Origin: Octopus vulgaris
Lineage: Eukaryota
NCBI GenBank assembly: GCA_951406725.2
Contig: OX597816.1
Coordinates: 75,268,001-75,332,000 of the forward strand
Reading direction: 5' to 3'
Length of the DNA stretch: 64,000 nt
Under the pieces are notes generated by a model. It saw only the letters and a list, made by a program, of their open reading frames with translations, was not told where the DNA came from and searched no databases. Positions 42,313 through 55,476 of the stretch are shown piece after piece. Position 1 is the first letter of the stretch. Every line of letters starts with the position of its first letter. The position numbers and the translations under genes were made by a program.

Positions 42313-42626
42313 ATGTATAATGTCTCTGTTTGTATGTTATCTGAACATATTCAACCACATAAATGTTTATATATTAAACATTTCCAGTGTCCTATTACAG
42401 GCAATTTTATTCATAACAAATGCCATAAATATAAGTTTTACACAAATTTTTTATAATACCTCACTAAAATAACATTTTACTAATAAAATATATAAAGCAT
42501 ATTCATATTTAAAGATTTCAAATGAAAGTGTACCAACTGTAAAAAAAAAACTGAAGAGAAATATGCGTGTAAGCAAATTTCTGTCTAGTCAGTTTTTAAC
42601 AGAAGGAACAATGTGTAGTAGTTTAC

Positions 42627-42702
42627 CGGCTATGTTACACGTTGGAGCGGCTGCTAACTGGTCTGTCACTCTCTCAGAAGCGGCTCTCGCAAACAGCCTT
42701 AT
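42627..42702 (-). CDS. Candidate exon, unknown protein
   Basis: gatttttatcaacag| ... gccg|gtaaac; only one frame open, IRLFARAASERVTDQLAAAPTCNIA(G). Confidence 0.42.
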
Positions 42703-43194
42703 CTGTTGATAAAAATCACAGAAACGAAACTACACAATATCTTTTTCCATCTTAAGTAAAGTCATTTCTACACATTCGGAATGAGTAAAACGAAAAAGAA
42801 GACGCAGAATAACAACGAACAGCCGAAACATGCTAAAAAGTCCGGAGTTAATGGTAAATATTTTCCTAACGCACCTAGAGAAAAAAAAAGTAAAAAAAAA
42901 AACTCTTCGCTTAAGTGACACGTCAGTTAAAGTGTTCTCTCAAGTAATGGCACCCTAGTTTCTTGCTTGCCTCCCTTACAATAATTATACATAATCTACT
43001 GTTTATGTGTATATACATAGAATATTTTTTTGATATTGATATATAAATATATTTATATATATATATATCTCATCTATATATCTATATATATATATACATA
43101 CACGTGTTTCATATAAATATATATGTATATATATGTACATACAAATGTATGTATATGCATATATATATATATGATATATACACATATTGGTATG

Positions 43195-43236
<42 letters not shown>

Positions 43237-44980
43237 GTGTGTGTATGTATATAATATTTACACACACATCTATCTATCTATCTATCTATCTATCTATACT
43301 TACACACGTGTAACACGTACATAATACATACATGTGTAATACATACACGTGTGTCATTAAAACCCGGTTTCTATGTTTCCTTGTCTATCTTGTATTCAGT
43401 ATTTTATTACATTGTACATCCACTAATGTTTTGTTTCTTGTGTGCCCTTGGAGCAATTAAATCATAACTGGTACTTGCAGATTAATTTATTTTTACCATC
43501 GTTATTTCATTACATTATCTGTCTATCCTATTCAACTAATACTCAACCTTTTTTTTTAATTATCCAAATATATATACACACACATATATATAACTTTAAA
43601 TCGAAGTAGTTGTAGATATGAGCTTTTTTCTGATGTTGCTAACATAAAATTGTTTCTATACGCAACAGATTATCGGCAACTGCCGGCATTCAGTTTAAGC
43701 CCAGTTACAATTTTTAAATTCCTATAAAGGCCGATCTGTTGCCTTCGTTATACCGATTAAGATATGTATAAATGTTTTTCAAGTTTTCTCCAGGATAACA
43801 CGAAATTAAATTGATAACAAGGCATGTTTGTACGTTCTAATTTCAAGCCTTTTTGTGTGTCCCCCTCTCTTATTTTCATTAACTGCTCATAATTAGTGTT
43901 GTTGTCAATCAGCTGTAACAAAGGTTGTTTATCAACTTTCATCTGATTACTTCGTGTTTCATCTCAAAAATGAAAATGTAAAATAAAACAATTGCATTAG
44001 ATGGCTTAACTTTGAAATAATTTAATATTCATAAAAATTCGGAACTTTTTAAAGTGGAAATCCAAACTTATGATTTTTTAAAATCTAATTTTTAGCGTCA
44101 AACAGAATTTGGTTGTTGGATAATGTATTCGCTACAAATTAAGTAAAAGTAGGCCAGACAGGCGACTGCACTTTTCTCTTGGGTTGTGTTTTTATGATTT
44201 AGTGAAAGTAGGAAGGGCGGAGCCCATGACCTTTGCAGGATCTCCGAGACAGGTTGTGTAAAGGAAAAAGAAACCACAACTCATGGTTTGCTGCTAACCA
44301 TGATCTTTGTCAGTAATCCAACTGGGAGTCCGTGGCCACGCATGGGTCTGTCAGCAAATAAGGCAGCTTCTCGGAATTCTGTTGTGTCGGGTGATGAATA
44401 CCCCTTGGAGAGGTACTTCAGACTGTACCCTCTCGCAAAGAGACACTACATGATTAAATAGGCTATAGGAAGCAGCGCATGAGGATACCTCGTTATCCTT
44501 AGGCCAGAGATCTAGTCCAAATACTTTGTAACACAGAACTCGGCCAAAAGTACTCTTAGGATCAGATGGCGGTGTTAAATGGGACGACGAAATATATGCT
44601 CGTTATTCGCTCTATGATTTACTTCTTTTATTTAGTATTTCACTCTAAACTAAGATGATGTTAATAATGAAGACAATGGCTACGATAAAGATGATATTTT
44701 TATCCTTATAACCCACGAATAATATGAAGGCACGTCACTCAAACACCGGTATGACTGGGCTTCCTTACAGAAGGAGAGAACAATTTAGAACGAGTAACCC
44801 ATTTAAAAAAGATTTTTTTTTTGCTCTTTCGATCTTCGTGAATGAATGTTTTGCACAGTAAATTAACCTGAAAACTCAATAATGGATATAGTTTTCAGGT
44901 TATATAACATAACGTGAAAGTTATCAATCATTATTGATATATTTAACATCGCTGTGTATGTTTAGAATTAAATAGTTTTG

Positions 44981-45014
<34 letters not shown>

Positions 45015-45017
<3 letters not shown>

Positions 45018-45300
45018 CGTGCGTATATATAAAAATGTGTGTAGGTATGTATGTATATATGTGTGTGCGTATATATAAAAATGGGTGTAGGTATGTATGT
45101 ATATATGTGTGTGTGCGTATATATAAAAATGTGTGTAGGTATGTATGTATATATATGTGTGTGTGCGTATATATAAAAATGTGTGTAGGTATGTATGTAT
45201 ATATATGTGTGTGTGCGTATATATAAAAATATGTGTAGGTATGTATGTATATATATGTGTGTGTGCGTATATATAAAAATGTGTGTAGGTATGTGTATAT
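45015..45300. repeat. Minisatellite, six ~46-50 bp units
   Basis: Unit gtgtgtgtgcgtatatataaaaatgtgtgtaggtatgtatgtatatatat. Confidence 0.9.
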
Positions 45301-45349
45301 ATATATATATATATGGAATTTGTGTGAATGTGTATAGAATAATATATTA

Positions 45350-45450
45350 GTTGAATAAAGTTAAAACATATTCTGGTTTTCACGTTTTTTTATGGTATTT
45401 TATACCATAATGAAAAACGTGAAAACCAGACTGTTTTAACTTTATTCAAC
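45350..45450. repeat. Near-perfect 101 bp palindrome
   Basis: gttgaataaagttaaaaca..tctggttttcacgttttt.ttatggtat-ttt-ataccataa..aaaaacgtgaaaaccaga.tgttttaactttattcaac. Confidence 0.9.
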
Positions 45451-47304
45451 CAACACACATATATACATGCATAAACCGGTCTTACCCAACTTTAATATAT
45501 ATATATATATATATATGTATGTGTATATGTGTGTGTGTGTGTGTGGGGGGGGTATCTAAAATATAAAGAGTAAAGTCCTACTAGAATTCTTAAGTTTATG
45601 TATGTCTGCGAAAAGAGCAAATCCAGGTTTCACCATTCCGTAGCTGACACACACAGATATGTGTATGTCAATTGTTTTAACTATTTAGATGAATTATAAG
45701 ACACTAGAATAACGATGAAATTTTTCACATATTGTGTTATTTTCGGTAATGTAACGGACTTTCTCTTATAATATGCACTTCAAGGTTCACTTACGTTACA
45801 ATGTCCTTCAGAAAAGGCATACACGTCACACAATCTCGTGTCCCCATTCCCCACACTTCTAAAGTCTTATGCCTATGTTAAAGATTAGTATTTCTATAAA
45901 ACTTTTTCGTAAATGGAAACTTTCGCTTTTTTTTCTTTACATTAAATAGCGAATCAATTTACCTTTAATATTGTTAGCTTTATTTCTTTCCTAATTTCTG
46001 CAAATTCTTTGTTTAATCGAAATCATATGATTCTAGCAAATATTTCGTTGGATAGATCGAATGGGAAAGCACCCTCTAACTATAACCCTTACACATATAG
46101 AACATGTCATGATGGGAGAGTATTTTAATAACCATTTTATTATAATATATTTTTACTTTGCTGTTTCAGCAGAAAATATTTCTCCCTCATTCTTGTAACG
46201 CTGTTTCTTTCACACGTGTGTTGAGATTAAACTGTCGTTGTTGGAGACTTTCGAAATACTTGTCTTGTGCGTCTGAAAAAGAGTGCGAGAGATGTGTTTG
46301 GGGTGGGCGACAAAAGTTCATATGGATATCATTTACCATTCGTAGGAATTGAGCTTATTCTCTCTCTCTCTCTCTGTCGTTACAATATCATGTATAAGAT
46401 ATTTTCATACAAACAGCAATCTTAAGATTAATTTAAAAGCTGGATTTAGCCTGAATACTGGAAAATTGTCTTTTGTTTCTGTTTATTTTTTCTCTTCAAA
46501 TATTAATGAAAGCTAACATATATAATATTTATATGAATAAAAGATGTGAAGAAGAGGCTGAAATAGGGGACAGTATTATTTTATAATTGTGGTTGAGAGA
46601 CGAAAATAAACATTTCTATATTTCTATTGGTAGATATATCGGAAGGGCGAGCATCGAAATTTGCTGGATAGATAGAAATAAACCAACAGCTGTAAAAAGA
46701 AATGGTTAAGTAGCGAACTCTTCAGGTGTAAAAGTAGAAATACTAAAGGTGACTTGTTGGTTAGTAATAGAATTATTACAAATTAGTGGATGTATTCTTG
46801 TCAATTTATCCGTTTTGCGATATCAAGGTGACAAACGACTTTTGATGATATTCATAACAAACACAGTTCTTGTTAAGGAATTTTCATGGTAGAATACAAA
46901 GGAAGTTTCCTTTGCCATCCAGATATGTATTACAAGACACCAACTTGTCAGAGATACAGACAAGTTTACATTTACCTGAGCACTCAAATCATAAAGAACC
47001 AGGTAAAATACAGCAAAGCATTTTATTCAATGCTGTAAGAAATCCACCAATTGTTACATTATCTTATCAAACCTTGAAGAATAAGAATGCTGACTTTGGT
47101 GGGATTTGAACTCAGAATGTAAAGAACCAATATTGTAAGGTATTAGCTTATGGGTTCAGTCCCACTGTGTGAAATCTTGGGCAAGTATCTTCTATTATAG
47201 CCCTGAGCCGATCAAAGTCTTTTGAGTGGATTTGGTAGATAGAAAATGAAAGAAGCTTGTTAAGTATATGTACATTGTGTGTGTGTGTATATATATATAT
47301 ATAT

Positions 47305-47705
47305 AGGTGCAGGAGTGGCTATGTGATATGAAGATTGCATTCCAACCAAATGGTTCCAGGTTCAGTCCCATTGTGTGACACCTGGGCAAGTGTCTTCTGC
47401 TATAACCTCAGGCCAACCAAAGCCTTGTAAGTGGTTTTGGCAGAAAGTAACTGAAAGAAGCCCATCGTGTATATATATATATATATATATATATATGTAG
47501 GTGCAGGAGTGACATTTTACATATATATATGTAGGTATTTGTGTGTCTGTGTTTGTCTCCACCACCATTACTTGACAACCGATGCTGGCGTGTCTATGTC
47601 CCCGTAACTTAGCAGTTTGACAGAAGAGACCGACAGAATAAGTACTTGGCTTACAAAGAATAAGTCCTGGGGTTGATTTGTTCGACTAAAGACAGTGCTC
47701 CAGCA
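47305..47705 (+). mobile_element. SINE family A (partial heads also at 47140-47260 and 48266-48420)
   Basis: ggtgcaggagtggct...ggttcagtccca...gggcaagtgtcttc...gaataagtcctggggttgatttgttcgactaaa. Confidence 0.85.
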
Positions 47706-48199
47706 AATAAAAGAATATATACAGATATATGTTTGTGAGGATGAGTGTGTGTTTGTGTCTCCTTGTCATTATATCATGTGACTGCTTTAAATGAGTAGCA
47801 TTCATTTCCAAGTTTCTGTAAAAACCTGTCTGACCATGGAGAAATATTACTTGAAAACAGGTGAGGGTTGGCTACTGGAAAGGCATCCAGTCATACAAAA
47901 TTTGTCTCAAAAACAATGATACACACACGTGTGTATGTATGTATTTGAATCGTCGGATGACACACCGTGCTTGAAAAGACCTACTGAGTCAAGTATAATC
48001 AAAATTAAAATCACAGTCAGAATCTCAATCAAATCGAAATCAAAATGGAAATTGTAGTTGTGGCCGATGCCAGTACCGCCTGACTGGCATCCGTGCTGGT
48101 GACACGCAATAAGCACCATTCATACGTGGGTCAATGCCAGTGCCGCCTGATGGCTCCCCGTGCAGGTGACATGTAAAAAGCACCATTCGAACATGGTTG

Positions 48200-48266
<67 letters not shown>

Positions 48267-48469
48267 GTGCAGGCATGGCTGTCTGGTAACAAGCTTCTCA
48301 AGTACATAGTTCTAGGTTCAGTTCCACTGGATAGCACCTTGAAAAAGTATCTTCTACTATAGTCTTGGCCCAACCAAAGCTTTGAGAGTGGGTTTGGTAG
48401 AGAAAAACTGAAAGAAGACCATCATAGCTATCTATCTATCTATCTATCTATATATATATATATATATAT

Positions 48470-48608
48470 AACGGGAAGCTTTATGAAAATAGACAAAAGA
48501 CGAAGGCAGGTGGAAAACAAACGAACAATTGTATTAGTATGGCGCTCAGGAAATATAAATAAAACAAGTCTTTAGCGTTTCGAGCCTACGCTCTTCAACA
48601 GAAAGATA
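48470..48608 (-). mobile_element. PLE pseudo-LTR relic with the best-preserved hammerhead-like motif
   Basis: Same family as 4172-4320; minus strand tctttctgttgaagagcgtaggctcgaaacgctaaaga. Confidence 0.75.
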
Positions 48609-48634
48609 CACATATATATATATATGTATGTATA

Positions 48635-48867
48635 AAAAGCACCATTCGATTGTGGCCGTTTGCCAGCCTCATCTGGCACCTGTGCAGGTGGCACGTAAAA
48701 AGCACCCACTGCACTCACGGAGTGGTTGGCATTAGGAAGGGCATCCAGCTGTTGAAACACTGCCAGATCAGACTGGGCCTGGCACAGCCTACTGGCTCCC
48801 CAGACCCCAGTTGAACCGTCCAACCCATGCTAGCATGGAAAATGGACATTAAACGATGATGATGATG
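48635..48867 (+). mobile_element. RTE 3'UTR/tail module
   Basis: Homologous to 60140-60395; an inverted partial copy lies at 49090-49230. Confidence 0.8.
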
Positions 48868-49364
48868 AATACATGTGTGTGTCTGTGTTTTTCCCTCACC
48901 AGTGCCTAACAACTGCTGTTGGTGTGTGTATGTCCCCATAATATAGCTGTTTGACAAAAGAGGCTGATAGAATAAGTACCAGGCTTTAAAATTAAAATAT
49001 TGGGGTTGATTCATTTGACTAGAGATTCTTCAAGACAGTACCCCAGCATGGCCACAGTTTAATGACTGAAACAAGTAAAAGATATGTATATCATCATCAT
49101 CATCGTTTAATGTCCACTTTCCATGCCAGCATGGGTTAGACGATTTGACTGAGGTCTGGTGAACCAAATGGCTGCACCAGACTCCAATCTGATCTGGCAG
49201 AGTTTCTACAGCTGGATGCCTTTCCTAATGCTGTATATATATATATTTATTTTGCTGTTGTGACCCTACATTGATAGTAGAGTCAACTCTTTCTCTCTCT
49301 GTGTGTGTGTATATATATATAAGCAGATGTTAAGCATTGATGATGGTGATGATATGTTGACATA

Positions 49365-50430
49365 GAGAAAGCATTTGACAGGGTCCCCTACTCCCTTATC
49401 TGGTGGTCATTGCAGAAACTAGGGATAGTGGAGTGGCTGGTGAAAGCTGTACAAGCTATGCACAGGGATGCTATCAATGATGGCTGGTAATGAGTATAGT
49501 GATGAATTTAGAGTGCAAGTAGTCCATCAAGGACCAGTCCTCAGCCCCCTCTTGTTCTTTATAATACTCTAGGCAATGACATAGAAATTTAAGTTGGGTT
49601 ACCCCTGGGAGCTCCTTTATACTGATGACCTTGTTCTTATATCTGAATCACTACCAGAACTGGAGAAAAATTTTAAGAATGTAAGCAGGGTTTAGAATCA
49701 AAGGGCCTCAAGGTTAATTTAGTGAAAATTAAAGTCTTAGTAAGTAGGAAAGCAGATAAATCACAAATCCCTTCAGGTAGGTGGCTGTACTCAATATGTA
49801 GAAAAATTATAGGTAGACACTTTATAACATGTACCCAGTGTAAGCTATGGATACATAAGAGCTGCAGCTATATTAGAGGAAGGTTAACAGGGAAAATAGT
49901 CTTTGTGTGTGGCAGATGTACAGGTACAATAAATACTAGAAATATACAGAAAACAGACTTCATTAAATGCCAGTGTAGATACCTAGAAGTAATTGATAGT
50001 TTTCGTTATTTAGGTGATCAAGTCAGAGGTGGATGCTCCGAGAGTATAGCTGTTAGAATAAAAATACAGCTGAGCAAAGTTCAGAAAGCTTCTGCCTCTG
50101 TTGGTAACAGAGGGCTTTTCCCTCAGAGAGAAAGGCAGATTGAAAGATGCCTGTATGTGAACAGACAGCTACATGGCAATGAAACATGGGCTGTGACTAC
50201 AGCGGACATGTGAAGGCATGAAAGAAATGAATTTAGTATGCTGTGCTGGATGTGCAATGTCAGTGTGCATGTACAACAGATTGTAAGCATCTTGAGGGGA
50301 AAATTAGGCATCAGATGTAGTGTGCAAGAGAGACAACTGTGCTGGTATGGTCATGTGATGCAAATGGATGAGGATGGCTGTGTAAAAATGTGCCATTTTT
50401 AAACTGGAAGGGACCTGTGGAAGAGGTAAT
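49365..50430 (+). mobile_element. RTE-clade LINE fragment, decayed
   Basis: EKAFDRVP, ELLYTDDL, CTQCKLWIHKSC..CGRC, LEVIDSFRYLG, ETWAVT. Confidence 0.9.
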
Positions 50431-50574
50431 GAAGCATGATCAAATCTGCAGCAGATGTTTTGATGTGGTTTAGGTCACGATACTTTATTCTGAGCCCTAC
50501 AGTTGAACCAATCATCTTGAAACATTATCAGCTCAATTTAACTTTAGTTTGTTTTAATACCAAGAAATATTTAC

Positions 50575-50659
50575 CTCCTTTCCCATTCACCAAAAAACTT
50601 AACTTTCTGAGTTCCCAAACTATCTATTCTAAATCTTCTTTCATAGTATCTGTGTGAAA
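50575..50659 (-). CDS. Candidate internal exon, unknown protein
   Basis: Strong acceptor tttctttcttctttttttttgccag| and donor gag|gtaaat; only one frame open, SHRYYERRFRIDSLGTQKVKFFGEWER. Confidence 0.45.
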
Positions 50660-52008
50660 CTGGCAAAAAAAAAGAAGAAAGAAACCACAAAGAAAATATA
50701 ACAGTTTTTGATTTGACTTCAGTGATGTATAATACTAGTGGCAGCAGCAGTGAAAGTAGAAGGATAGGGAAAATAAGAACTACAAAAAGCTTGCTACACC
50801 ATATAATTTTGTTCTTGAAAGCTACTAATTCGAAGCAATTATATAGAATCCATACATAATCATTATTTTTCAGTTCTCTTATTTTGTTTATATATTGTTT
50901 AGAGTGTCATTCTCATTCAAAATTAAATATCATTAGAAAATTATAGTTTCTCAGTTCATATGATCATAAGGTTGATTAATTATCACCCATATCATATTGT
51001 AATTGAGAAAAAAAAAAAAACATATAACAATCCAGGTTCAGTGCATGAAATAATGAAATGTGATATTTAGTTGTACCAAAGAGCATATATCCTGTCACAC
51101 AGCCTGCTTCAAAATGTAGCCAAATTTCTCTCAAATCATACCCCACTCACTGTCTTTAAAAAAAAAAATTGATAAATAAAGTTGTGGTGATCATGACTAG
51201 AATGCGTTTGATAATAGATCAGTTTGGTTAGAGTTGACAGGGGCCAAACAGCCAACGAATGACAGAAGAATACTTTGGATAATTTTGTGTTAGATACCCT
51301 GAGTAAAAGACAAATGGATATGACTGGGTTGTCTTTCACCATAGGTCTGCTTGATCAAAACTGATCTTGGGCTATACAACAATACACTGAATCTTATATT
51401 ATGTTTGGTAAAAAAAAAAATAGATTGCTTTTGATCATAGCTCTTTCCAGTCTAGACTGACATAGTGCTAAACAGCAACAACATGAAAGTAACTAGAAGA
51501 AGTGGTCTTAATTTAATTACAGACTTAGAAATAGCCTATGTTTTTATGTTACTACTTGTTTTTGGCCTCTCCTTTTCTTTGTTCAGTCCAATTCAGAAAT
51601 AAGTACTGGGGTTGATTTGTTCAACTAAATCTTTGAAGATGGTGTCCCAGCATGGCCATAGTCCACTGACTGAGACATGTATGTATGTATGTTGATTTGC
51701 CAGAAGTGATAAATTACATGACTCAGTAGAAGTGTAGAATAGTCTTTAATACATTATAACTGAAAGGCTCTGATTTTCAATACTCAGAGAACTGGAAATT
51801 GTAGCCTTTCAGTTATGATATATGTAAAGACAGTGTCAGAATTATGCACAATCATATTTAACATATTCGTGTACGCTCAGGTATGGAAAAGCTATATGCC
51901 ACATAAACTCTTCTTATAGACATGGGTGTAAACACACCACTTGAATGATGTCACTGGACTGTAGGATGCATGTGTTTCTATTTCATTATGCTTCATCAGC
52001 TACAAATA

Positions 52009-52175
52009 CCTATTTCTTTACTACCCACAAGGGGCTAAACACAGAGAGGACAAACAAGGACAGACAAACGGATTAAATCGATTACATCGACCCCAGTGTG
52101 TAACTGGTACTTAATTTATTGACCCCGAAAGGATGAAAGGCAAAGTCGACCTCGGCGGAATTTGAACTCAGAACG
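52009..52175 (-). mobile_element. SINE family B, young 5'-truncated copy
   Basis: Reverse complement of 16520-16672 with CpGs retained. Confidence 0.85.
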
Positions 52176-52436
52176 TACCCAGCCATCATTCATGGCCACT
52201 TAGAACTGGTCACTCTTATATTAGAAGAACAAATGGTACATTTGCTGACATACTCAAAGATTCGTGAAACTAAAATTAATCAATTAGGAGACATATTATG
52301 GACCTGAATAAGCAGACTTGTCTGTGATCAAATGAATGCCATCCTTAGCCATCCTGACAGTGTATCTTGGACCACATTATCCAATGTAGGATATCTATTT
52401 GAGAGAAATTTGGTTGCTGTTTCTAGCAGATTGAGC

Positions 52437-52647
52437 CATATTATGATAATTACCCCCCTAGGACAATTAGCCCCTATAAGACAGTTACCCCTGATGTCAA
52501 CTACCCCTAGAACAATCCCTCCCTGGTTAATTACCCCCCCCCCCTCCAATATATTAAGAAGTTTTAAATCATCATCTGTTGTCCTCAGGGGTTATTGTTC
52601 TTGGAAGGATTATTGTCCATGGGGGGGGGGGGGTAAATGCCCGACTC
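52437..52647. mobile_element. Small non-autonomous DNA element with inverted sub-terminal tandem units
   Basis: (g)acaattacccc-like units on the left, ggggtaa/ttgtcc units on the right; direct repeat gattgagc at 52429-52436 and 52648-52655. Confidence 0.55.
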
Positions 52648-53389
52648 GATTGAGCAATCACTTAAAGGTTCCCTTGTTGATTATATTGTGTTTTGTTGGT
52701 GCAAAATGCTGACTTTGAAGCCTCAAATAGGAAAAGCTTGTGCAATCAAGATTTATTACATCGTCATCATTGGCAATATAAACTCGTGGTTCTTGAGCTG
52801 AGAGATTCATACTTTATCCATTAGATTATTGTCATTATGTAATATTATGATGTAACTTAGTTCTTTAAAGAATCACAATTGCAGTGATCTATGGGGTTAT
52901 TTATGATTAGCTTCAGTTTATTTAGTCGTCGTTTAGTTTTGTATAGATCTATAATTAAAGACATTCCAGCCTGCCTTTTGTACATCTGTGACTATATTCT
53001 ATATGTTTGTGTAGATCAGGCAACCAGCTATAAACTATGTCATTGATTGAAATTTCTGTAGTATTTGGCAGATGAAAAGGAGCTGATAACTCCTGAAAAG
53101 GAACTGATAACTATTACTCCATACAAGTAGATGAATTGAGACAATGTAGAATAAAATACCCTGTACATTGTAGAATACAATACCCTATTCAGAAATGTGA
53201 AACAAAGCAAAGCACCTTCAGTGGCTCAGACACTTCCATTTCTTACTTTATCAACCTGGTCAATTTGCTTCTGTTTCTAATTGGATCTTGTTTTCTGTTG
53301 TAATTCCATTGCATCTAGAACATATTATAGGATTATAAATCAACCCTAGTACTTGATTATTACACTATTTATTTCACTGACCCTAGTAG

Positions 53390-53777
53390 CATGGTATGAG
53401 CCAATATGGGTCACAGCACAGGAGTCCCCAGTACTTGGAGTGGGTATCCTTTTATTCGGAGAAACTTAAAACTTAGAGTTACAGCAATCAAATAACGTTT
53501 TTGGATTTTCTTTTTTTAATCCAATAAAGTTCTTTTAATATTATTGAGCTCTCTTTTGATTTATTGGGCCCTTTTAGATTTAAAAAGCCATTAAATTTAA
53601 GTGAGTCCTTCTGAATCTATCAAAGCTTTTTTAAAGTTTTGTGGCCTCTTCAAACTGTTTGAGAGCACTAGATTTAATGTGGCCCTCTTTATTATCTTAC
53701 ATTTTGAAATAGTAAAATTGTAAGGGACCCCAAAACCTGTTTGCACAAGGGCCTTACTAGGTTTAAATCCAGCTCCT
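53390..53777. mobile_element. hAT-like MITE inserted in a SINE B relic
   Basis: Right end ttaaatccagctcct; imperfect 8 bp TSD cctagtag / cctagaag; the SINE resumes gataaaaggcaaagt. Confidence 0.5.
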
Positions 53778-54459
53778 CCTAGAAGGATAAAAGGCAAAGT
53801 AGATCTTGGTAGGGTTCATAAATATCTGGAAAAAAAAGGAAAAGAAAACCAATAACTTGAGCAGTACTGATGTTTTATTAAACAAACAACCACAAGAAAA
53901 ATATGGGTAAAAGTTCCAATTTCAACAAAAATATAAATTTTTCCCTTTAATGAGCTGGCTTTTCAAATATACTTTTTGTTAAAGTTTTGTGTAATTCATT
54001 GATGAGGCATCATGAATCTAAATTCAATTTAAAGAGTTGAATAAGTGTATGCATTCAGATAATAATTATCTTAATAGAGTAATTCTGTGTGTTATGTGTA
54101 GTTGTGTGCAAAATGATTTTTGTCCTGTGGACTTATCACAATTATGTTGATATTGTTTGAGATAAGACAAGGCGGGTTGTTTTAATTCAACAATATGAAA
54201 AAAAATTAAGTTAAATATCCAAATGTCTAAGATTAGTTGTCATAATATTTTGATTTTCTGGACTATTAACCTTATCTTTACTGTGTATATTTACAATATT
54301 TATATGTACACTATGTTGCCATAGGATTGATCTCTGATTATCATCAAATATCTTATACCTAGATATATGTGTTGTCTTACGCTGAATTTGGATGAAAAAT
54401 CTTTGAACCTAAATTAATGGTAGCAACCTATTTATCCATTAGTACAGTGGTAATTACTG

Positions 54460-54865
54460 TTCTGACATCTCCTTAGCCCTTTTCTTTCTTTCCATATTAA
54501 TTGGTTGAAGGAGAGGTTTCCTTCTAGCTGCTCATCCATAATACCCAAGCTTATGCAGATATGTAACACCTTCTTGGACTAACTTCTACCTGCTTTGCAG
54601 TGTCAGAAGCCTTTGAATTGGGTTCATTTTCCACAATTCTCTTCAAACAGTAAAGCTTCCTTTCTGAGGGCCCAGGTCAGCTGGGACGAGAATCTGTTGA
54701 TTCTTTTCCTTGGCTTTTGAATTGCACTGCAATTCCATTAACAGTAGCAAGAGGAATTTGAAGATTTTTGGCAATTTTTCACTGGCTAAGACCAGCCTCA
54801 GATTGCCCAAAAATACGACCTCTTTGAAAATCTGACAATTCTGCTGAATTCTTTGTGCATGGCAT
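54460..54865 (-). mobile_element. Tc1-like transposase N-terminal (HTH) pseudogene fragment
   Basis: [41 protein letters not shown]...YLHKLGYYG*AARRKPLL. Confidence 0.8.
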
Positions 54866-55021
54866 GGTTACTCTTCGCAAATGTTTAATATAATAGCTCA
54901 TGGAATGAAAAAGAATAATTACATTGTAAATTCTACACCGCTGAAAACATATTAAGATGCTTAGATCAGAAATTTTGAAAATTAAAGGTATCTATTTACT
55001 TCCTGCATGTCTGCGTGTGTA

Positions 55022-55062
<41 letters not shown>

Positions 55063-55436
55063 CAGTAAAAATGAAACTCGAGTAGCAAGACAGTCTCTGT
55101 TTCAGTTTTAATAAAAACCCACATCCTCTATAACATATATTCATTTAACACACACACCACACACACACACATTCATTCAACATCTATTTTCCATGCTGGC
55201 ATGGGTTGGATTTTTTGACAGGAGATAGCTAACTGAAGAGCTGCCTGGGCTCCATGTCTGTTTTGGCACAGTTTCTATGGCTGGATGCCCTTCCTAATGT
55301 CAACCACTTTACAGAGTTTATTGGATGTTTTTACGTGACATCAGCACCCATGAGCCCACAAGGCTTGGAATGCTCAGCTGAAGAGGGATGGAAGTGACAT
55401 GCCTATATGCAAGGACAACCACAATTTTACAGTATA

Positions 55437-55476
<40 letters not shown>

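Noticed and set aside
42781-42918. Lys-rich plus-strand ORF MSKTKKKTQNNNEQPKHAKK
   Set aside because: Short and A-rich with no linked downstream exon found; cannot be excluded as a first exon.
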